From: the human T2T-CHM13v2.0 reference genome, Homo sapiens
Direction of reading: 5' to 3'
DNA length: 64,000 nucleotides
NCBI GenBank assembly: GCA_009914755.4
Contig: CP068257.2
Coordinates: 40,512,001 to 40,576,000, forward strand
Shown here: positions 54,946 through 64,000 of the stretch, piece after piece
How positions within the stretch are numbered: the first letter of the stretch is position 1
Layout of the letters: each line of letters begins with the position of its first letter
The notes under the pieces: model-generated
What the model saw: only the letters and a program-made list of their open reading frames with translations
Told to the model about the DNA's origin: nothing
Database searches by the model: none
Translations under genes and position numbers: made by a program

Positions 54946-55874
54946 TAAAAATCTTAGGGACACAAAACACGTGGGCAGGATTGGTGAGAAATCATTTAAA
55001 AGCAGCCCTTTACATGATTCAGCCCTTATAGGATGGAACAATCCAATTTGACTTCGTAGAAGCATGGATTTCCTCCAGCAAAACACATTTGGTTTCTTTT
55101 TGGAAAACAGGCCATTTTTAAGTGGTTGAAATGTTCTTGGAAACATTCTCACATGATTGCACTGAATACTTTGTGTTAGCATTAAAGCTAAAAATACACC
55201 CAGTGGTTTTTTTTTTTTTTTTTTTGTTCTTCTCCGCTTGTAATATTGACATCCCTTGTATCCACACACTCAAGGAGCTAACATTTGATGATTAGATTTT
55301 CCATTTGGATTAAACACTTTGGAAGTTTCTTTTTTATAAGTTATGAGAAAACAAACCATGAGATCATGAGAGTGAACAAAACGTGGACTTGTTAAAATGT
55401 CCAAATGCCATTAGAGATTGATCTTCTCACATGATTAATCTCCTTGTTTTGAGAGGCAGGGGTGCCTAATGGGCAGAACAGAGCCCTGGATGGAGCTGGG
55501 CACTGCCATGCACTGATTTTGTAATCTTGACCACCTGCGTCCTTTCCTTTACCCTTAAAAGGACCAGCTTACAGAGGATATGCATCCTCAAATTCACCCA
55601 ATGTCATGAACCTGCCCTCCAAAGTGGTTGTACCATGTTATTCTCCACCGAGAATGTGCTAGAAATCCTGTTATCTGCATGCTTGGGTACACTTGTTGTC
55701 GACAGGCTCAAAACGTCTAAACATGTGAATGAGTGTGACATGGTCTGTCATTGTTTTAAGTTACAGCTCCATGTTTACTGACAAATTTGAACATCTTTTT
55801 ATGTGTTTGGTGGATATCTGAGTTTCTTCTGTGAATTTTCTATTCATATCCATTGCATGTTTCAAATATCAGTT

Positions 55875-56181
55875 TTTTGTTTGGTTTGGTTTTGTTTTGT
55901 TTTGAGACAGGGTCTCTGTTGCCTATGCTACAGTGCAGTGGTGCAAACTTGGCTCACTACAGCCTCAACCTCCTGGGCTCAAGTGATCCTCCCACCCCAG
56001 CCTCTAGGGTAGCAGGGACTACAGGTGCAAGCCACCTCACCCAGGTGATTTTTGTATTTTTTGTACAGACTTGGTCTCACTTTATTGCCCAGGATGCTCT
56101 TGAACTCCTAGGCTCAAGCAATCCTCCAGCCTTGGCCTTCCAAAGTGCTGGGATTACAGGCGTAAACCACCATGCCTGGCC
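55875..56181 (-). mobile_element. Older, more diverged Alu (AluJ-like), antisense, with a (GTTTT)-rich tail
   Basis: gttttgttttgagacagggtctctgttgcctatgctacagtgcagtggtgcaaacttggctcactacagcctcaacctcctgggctcaagtgatcctcccacc...gctgggattacaggcgtaaaccaccatgcctggcc. Confidence 0.85.
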
Positions 56182-56966
56182 TGAATTTCTTATATAGTCT
56201 AGATATTAAATCTTTTTGGTTGAATTGTACATGTATATTCCCTTAAACTTATGCTAGCATCTTAAAAGCGTTGCTATGAAGAATAGTGTTCTACCAATAC
56301 TCTTCGAAATTGATTTCAGGGATTCTGAGAGATTTAACATTTTTATAAATGCTAATGTATGTATGTATGTATAGCATAATTTGTGTATGATGAAGATAAT
56401 CTATTTCTTGAGGATTTGATAAAAACTCATCTGAAATTCTATCTAGGATCTCTAGGGAGGTGGGAGAGTTTTGATTACCAAATCAATGTATATTAATGGT
56501 TATAGGTTTTTCCAGGTGTTCGATTTCTTCTCGATTCGGTTTTGGTGATGTTTACTTCTCTGAAGATGATCCCTTCCATTGCTGCTTTCAGGTTCATTGG
56601 ACAAGGTTATTCATAGTATCTCATAGATGTGTTTTAAATTTCACTGCCATTAAATCCCCTTTTCATTCTCATTAGTCATAATTTATTCTCTTTACTCCCT
56701 CTTCCTCTCCCTCTGTCTTTTCTGTCCCCTGCCTCCCTTTCTGTGTCATTCTGGCTGATGCTTGTCTATTTTATTAGTTTTTACAGAAAACCCACTTTTG
56801 AGTTTGTTGATTTTAATTGCTTCTAGGGGTAATATTCATCTATGACAATATGACGTGTTCTTGCCATCCATCCATTCAGGTGGAGCTGGCATCCCCTAAC
56901 TCAAATGATTCTTGGGTTAGAAATTGCCATTTCCTAACCCCAGAGTCATTTAAGAGGACATTTTAA

Positions 56967-57258
<292 letters not shown>

Positions 57259-57919
57259 CTTAATTTCTAACATACTTTTGAAGTGCTTGTATTGTTGATT
57301 TCTAACTTAATTGCATTGAGGTCTGAGAAAGTGCTCTGAATGGTGGTAATTCTAAAAACTTGCTGAAACTTTTTCTAAAACTTTATTTACAGTTATTTAA
57401 CCTGGTCCCATGTGCTTGAAAGAATTATTTTGTTTCTTGGATGCTAAAATGTTTGCCACTGCTCTGAGCAATTGTTGATTTTTTTTTCTTGACCCTGCTG
57501 GGACCTACTGAGGAGGGCATGGAATTCCCTCAGACTTCTTTGTCCAAGTAACAAGAGAGGGCCGTCAGCTGGCAGAGGATGGAGCCCCCATGCAGCTGTT
57601 GGCTGAGGCCACAGCTGGAACAAGACAAAAACTGCATAGATCTGAGCTGGGCACAGGGGCCTGGTGCAGTCGGCTTTCTAATTTATCATTGTCAATTTGG
57701 TATTTATTATTTTCTTCCTTCTGATATTTTTGTGCTTATTTGCTTGTTCTTTTTCTAATTTCTTACGCTGGAAGCTTAATTCATTTTTTTTTTTTAGCCT
57801 ATCCTGTTTTCTAATGTAAGCTTTTAGGGTTTCAAATATCACTTTAAGAAACATTTAATCTGTACTCTTTAAGATTTAAGATAGTTTATTAGGGCTAAAC
57901 TATTATTTTCTAATTTTCT

Positions 57920-59171
<1,252 letters not shown>

Positions 59172-60265
59172 CTAAACATGTGCTCCCTCTCCCCAGTTAT
59201 CTTTTGTGTTTAATTATTAATTGTGGATAAATAATAAAATGTTCATGAAACCAAATTTTTAACATTTTTTGGGTTTTGCTCTGTGTCCTGGAATTAGGTA
59301 AATTTTTGTAAATGTTCTGCTTGTGCCTGAAACATGCCTGTGTTCTCTCATGTCACAGATGCGGCTGGTGTCACCTATGTCTCTGGGGCTCTGTCATTTT
59401 GGGATGTTCTGTATAACTCGCAACTAGCAGTGACTGCATCTCTGTGTTAGAAGGCATTTCTGGAAATACGGAAGGCAGGGCAGGCCAGAAGTACTTGGGA
59501 ATTGACATTCCTAGGAAAAGCCATGAGACAGTGAGGATGAGAGCTGGGGAAAGGCCCTCTCCTGTCTACAGACATGTTTGTTTTACTGTCCTGGTGAACT
59601 GAAGCTTTGTCATTGAGTACTGACACTCTATTTATTGCTCATGGTTTTGCCTTACATTTATTTTTCTGATATTTACATGTATTCTTTGGTTAATGTTTTC
59701 TTGCTATTTCTCTTCTCTCTTTTTAGTTTTTTATATGGAAATGTCTAAACATAAAATAGAGAGCTTCGTGTAACAAACTACAATGATGCAGCTTCAAGAA
59801 TCAGCAGAAAACCAACTTTTGTATTTTAAACCTGTTTTTAAAGAACTAAGTTGGCTTTTGAATTTTCTCTCTTGGAGATGTTTTTCAAAGAACCAGACCA
59901 TTCATCCATTCTACCTATGTCTGATTTCTAACTCAGGGACTTCTACTTTTACCTATATTAATTCCTTCTTTTTACTTTTTTTTGCCAGGTATAAGGTTTG
60001 TTTTAAACTTCAATTATTCTACCCTTCATTTTCAAAATTTTTAATGTGATTCTCTTTTTATATCTTTTTTCTTTGTTTAATAATTTCTTCTGCTTCTTTT
60101 ACATTTGAATAATTTCTTCAGTATTTCCGCCAGAATGTCCTATAAAATTAATTCTATTTGATGTGAATGCATGCTTCTAATGTTTCCAATGCTAGTTTTG
60201 GGGATCGGTCATTTGGGCTGGAATCCAGGTCTGCTGGCCCTGGTTTTCAGATAGCTCTTCACTCA

Positions 60266-60592
<327 letters not shown>

Positions 60593-61450
60593 AGTGGGGG
60601 GAGCTTTGAAAGCCTCACAAATTAGGCAGACAACTGTAAAAACTTAAACAAACTATTATGAAGGCTTAGTAAGGTATTCAAAGCCAGTGGATTGTTAGAC
60701 GTCTCCATGTGTTTTAGAATTGTGGTTTGCAAGCTCATGTTGCATGAGAACTTGAGTTTCTGTTTTTTTGTCCCCCAACCAAGGAGCAGCTCTGGGCCCC
60801 CTCTCTGCCAGCTCCCTCCCATCCCAAGGCTCACCTGGGCCAGCCTCCTTCTCCCTAGGGGCTGGGGCTTGTCTAGCAGAGTCTCAGCACTGCCATCTGT
60901 GAAACCCATCCCCTCCCTTGCCCACAGTGTCCTTGGCCAAGGAGCCCTAGCCCAGCCCAGCCCAGCCAGCGGCAGCAGCAGCTTTTTCTCAGTCACTTTC
61001 GCCAGCAGGGCTGGCCTGACCCCTGCCCTGCTTTAAGCAGGGAGCTGTCTCCATCCCCACCTCACTCCTGACCCTCCAGCACCTGCCTCCAGCCCCAGAG
61101 CCCAGCCAGCCATCCTCAGCCATGGGCATCCCAAACCTGGCTTTGGGTATGGATTTGTTCTTCTAGGTTTTATGTTTGAGGCAGCACCATGTCCCCACAC
61201 CACCCTGCCTATTCGTGAAGAGGTCTGGAGAGGTGGTGTGCCTGCACAGCATCAGGGACTGGTCAGCTGAGGGATGAGGGCTGGAATCCAGGCCTGCCGG
61301 CCCGACTCTCAGGGCACACATCACTCTGGCAGGGGACTTCATGACATTAAACAAATTAGGCAGACAAGTGTAAAAACATACAAACTATTCTGAGACTGCT
61401 TAGTAGATAAGCTATTCAAAGCCAATGGTTTATTAGAAGAGGGAAAAATA

Positions 61451-62436
61451 TATGTGTGTGTGTGGTGTAAGTGTGTCTGTGCGGTGTGTGTAGTGTGTGT
61501 ATGTGGTGGGGTGTGTGTGTGGTGTGTTTGTGTGGTATATGTCTGGTGTGTGGTGTGGTGTATGTATGGGAGATGTGTGGTGTGTGATGTGTGGTGTGCA
61601 TGTAGTGTGTATGTAGTGTCTGTATGGTGTGTGGTGCGGTGTGTGGATGTGGTGTGTGGTGTGTGTGATGTATGGTGTGTGGTACACTGTGTGCATGTGT
61701 GTGTGTGTGGTATGGTGTGTGTGATGTATGGTGTTGTGTGTGTGTGTGTGGTATGTGGTATATGTATATGTGATATGTGTGTGGTATGTGTATGAGGTGT
61801 GTGGTTGTGTGTGTGAGGTGTGTGGTGTAGTGTGATGTGGTGTGTGTCTGAGATGTGTGGTGTGGTGTGTGTAGTGTGTGTGTTGTGTGGCATGTGTGGT
61901 GGTGTGTGTGTGAGGTGTGTGGTGTGGTGTGTGTTTATGGTGTGTGTGTGTGAGGTAGGTGTTTTGTGTTGTATGTGTTGTGTGTGGTATATGATGTGGT
62001 GTGGCACGGTATGTGTGTGAGGTGTGTGGTGTATGTGGTTTGTGTGTGTGGTGTGTGGTTTGTGTGATGTGTGTGAGGTGTGTGGTGTGGTGTGTGTCGT
62101 TTGTATGTGTGATGTGTGTGGCGTGTGTGCACACATCTGTGTGGTGTGCGTGTAGTGAATGTGTGTTTGGGTATGTGTGTGTTGTGTGTGTATGGTGTGA
62201 GTGGTGTGTGGTGTGTATGTGTGGTGTGTGTGTGGTGTGTGGTGTATATGTGTGGTGTGTGTATGTGCCTGTGTGTGTGGTGTGCATGGGGTGAATGTGT
62301 GTTTGGGTATGTGTGGTGTGTGTGTGGTTTGTGTGTGTGGTGTATATGTGTGGGGTGTGTGTGTGGTGTATATATGGGGCATGTGTGTGGTGTGTGTAGT
62401 CTGTGTGCATGGCATGGGGTGTGGGTGTCTGTATAG
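61451..62436. repeat. Roughly 1-kb imperfect GT-rich repeat (GTGTGTGGTGTG / GGTGTGTATGTGTGG)n
   Basis: Direct reading: alternating purine-pyrimidine TG runs with interspersed GG and AT. This is the source of the 358-aa and 344-aa His/Thr-rich minus-strand ORFs and the Cys/Val-rich plus-strand ORFs. Confidence 0.95.
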
Positions 62437-63195
62437 AAAAATGAAGAGGAGCTCCCTGAGTTAACATACCTGGGACCCACTGGACAATTGAGCCTCATGT
62501 TTTTTTAAAACCTTAATGGTTAGAAGACTGGGAAATAGTTTTTTTTTAAACCATAAGCAATTTCTGTGCCCAGAAGTGAGGAATTCCTTGGGTGGAATAT
62601 TTCGTTGCTCTGGTAAGCCTCACAGTGTCATTGGTGTGCGTTTGGCCGTGGGGGAAGAAAAGGAGGAAGAGGTGATGGCTCCAGTGAAACTGCAGGGACT
62701 TGGCGCCAGTGGAGCTGGCAGTGGCCTCCACTGGCCAGTAGGGACCAATCGTTAAACCCACTCTTGGTCCAAAATTGAATTATTTTAAAACCAAGAGTAC
62801 TAAATCCTCAATCCTCAAACCTTATCAATTCCTAGTTATGTTATCCCATTTTATTCTGTCAGTTCCGGAGGTTGTTGATGGTGGAAATACTCCACGACAG
62901 GGTGCAGCTGCACCTCTCTTCCTGATGTGTCCAGGGAAGTCATATTGGGCACTTTTAATTGGTCAGTGGTAGGAGCATTGACACCATGGAATTTGGCAAA
63001 CTCTACAAGCCAGGGAGTTATTTTGAACCCCCAAATCTGATTGTTCAGTGTGGATCAGTATACCACTGCTTAAAGCCGTGGCTTTTTGGCTTTCCAGGTT
63101 GATGAGGCCTCACTCTCCCCTTATATCAGTCAGAATAGTTCCTTAGCAATACGGGAAGCTACTCTCCTGTTAAGATCTGTTAAGATGTGAGTATG

Positions 63196-63495
63196 GCCGG
63201 GTGTGGTGGCTCACGCCTATAATCCCAGCACTTTGGGAGGCCGAGACGGGCAGATCACAAGGTCAGGAGATCGAGACCATCCTGGCTAACACGGTGAAAC
63301 CCCGTCTCTACTAAAAATGCAAAAAAATTAGCCAGGCATGGTGGTGAGTGCCTGTAGCCCCAGCTACTCAGGAGGCTGAGGCAGGAGAATGGCGTGAACC
63401 CGGGAGGTGGAGCTTGCAGTGAGCTGAGATCGCACCACTGCACTACAGCCTGGGAGACAGAGCAAGACTCTGTCTAAAAAAAAAAAAAAAAAAAG
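63196..63495 (+). mobile_element. Alu SINE (sense, full length; AluY/AluS-like diagnostic gatcgagaccatcctggctaacacggtgaaaccccgtctc)
   Basis: ggccgggtgtggtggctcacgcctataatcccagcactttgggaggccgagacgggcagatcacaaggtcaggagatcgagaccatcctggctaacacggtgaaaccccgtctctactaaaaatgc...gactctgtctaaaaaaaaaaaaaaaaaaag. Confidence 0.95.
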
Positions 63496-64000
63496 ATGCA
63501 AGTATCTCAGTATCTTAGGACAGCCAGGGATAAAAAACATGGTCATTCAAAAACAAATAAGCCCAAGTTGTTTCAAATATAAGAGGAAAAAATAAGGTAA
63601 AACTGTCAATTTCTTAAAAACAAACTACTAGTTAAGGAAAAACCATGACTAATAGAGAAGAATATATTATTGACCATTTCTAGAACATGCACACAAAAGA
63701 CAAAGCTAGAGTTGCCAGTATTAGTATTAGCAGGAAAATTATGCCAGTAACAGTATTAGCAGAAAAAAAAGGAAGCAAATTTCATGTTCCTACATCAGAG
63801 AATAGCTGAATAAATTATGGCACTTACAATTCAAGGAAAGATGATGTGGCTAATAAAATAATGGGTACGATCTGCATATATGGCCATGGAATGCTTTCAA
63901 GATATGGAAAAGGTAACATGATTAGTACAATTCCATAGTGATTTAAAAGGAAAACTACCTCACATAAATAATGCACACACACAGACACACACACACTCAC

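Noticed and set aside
61339-62498. Very long minus-strand ORFs (358 aa, 344 aa, 187 aa) rich in His/Thr/Pro, and plus-strand Cys/Val-rich ORFs
   Set aside because: They are translations of the roughly 1-kb GT-rich imperfect repeat (TGTGTGG)n. They have no start context, no splice signals and are pure low complexity. They are an artefact of a stop-free repeat.

Overview
This window reads as primate (almost certainly human) nuclear genomic DNA, not a prokaryotic or mobile-element system. The one well-supported gene is the 3' part of a uromodulin-like zona-pellucida (ZP) domain gene on the + strand. I can support five exons (911-1230, 4425-4570, 5086-5322, 5752-5911, 15511-15723) with mutually [16 protein letters not shown] phases and GT/AG boundaries. 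They encode a complete ZP module whose motifs closely match UMOD ZP-C, then a single transmembrane helix and a short cytoplasmic tail ending at TAG 15721-15723. A ZP module with a membrane anchor, GC-rich sequence and dense minisatellites make UMODL1-like identity a hypothesis, which I cannot verify without a database search. The rest is intron or intergenic sequence dominated by about 22 Alu elements, at least four L1 fragments, simple repeats and an unusually dense set of VNTR-type minisatellites. Features not explained by annotation: (i) a 60-bp x4 tandem array that reiterates the exon-3 splice-donor junction; (ii) a roughly 2-kb palindrome with about 665-bp inverted arms around a spacer carrying an E-box-containing 46-bp tandem repeat; (iii) a closely spaced inverted Alu pair; (iv) Alu insertions with intact target-site duplications. 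I see no evidence for a novel coding system. Long ORFs in the six-frame track outside the five exons fall inside repeats and are translation artefacts.
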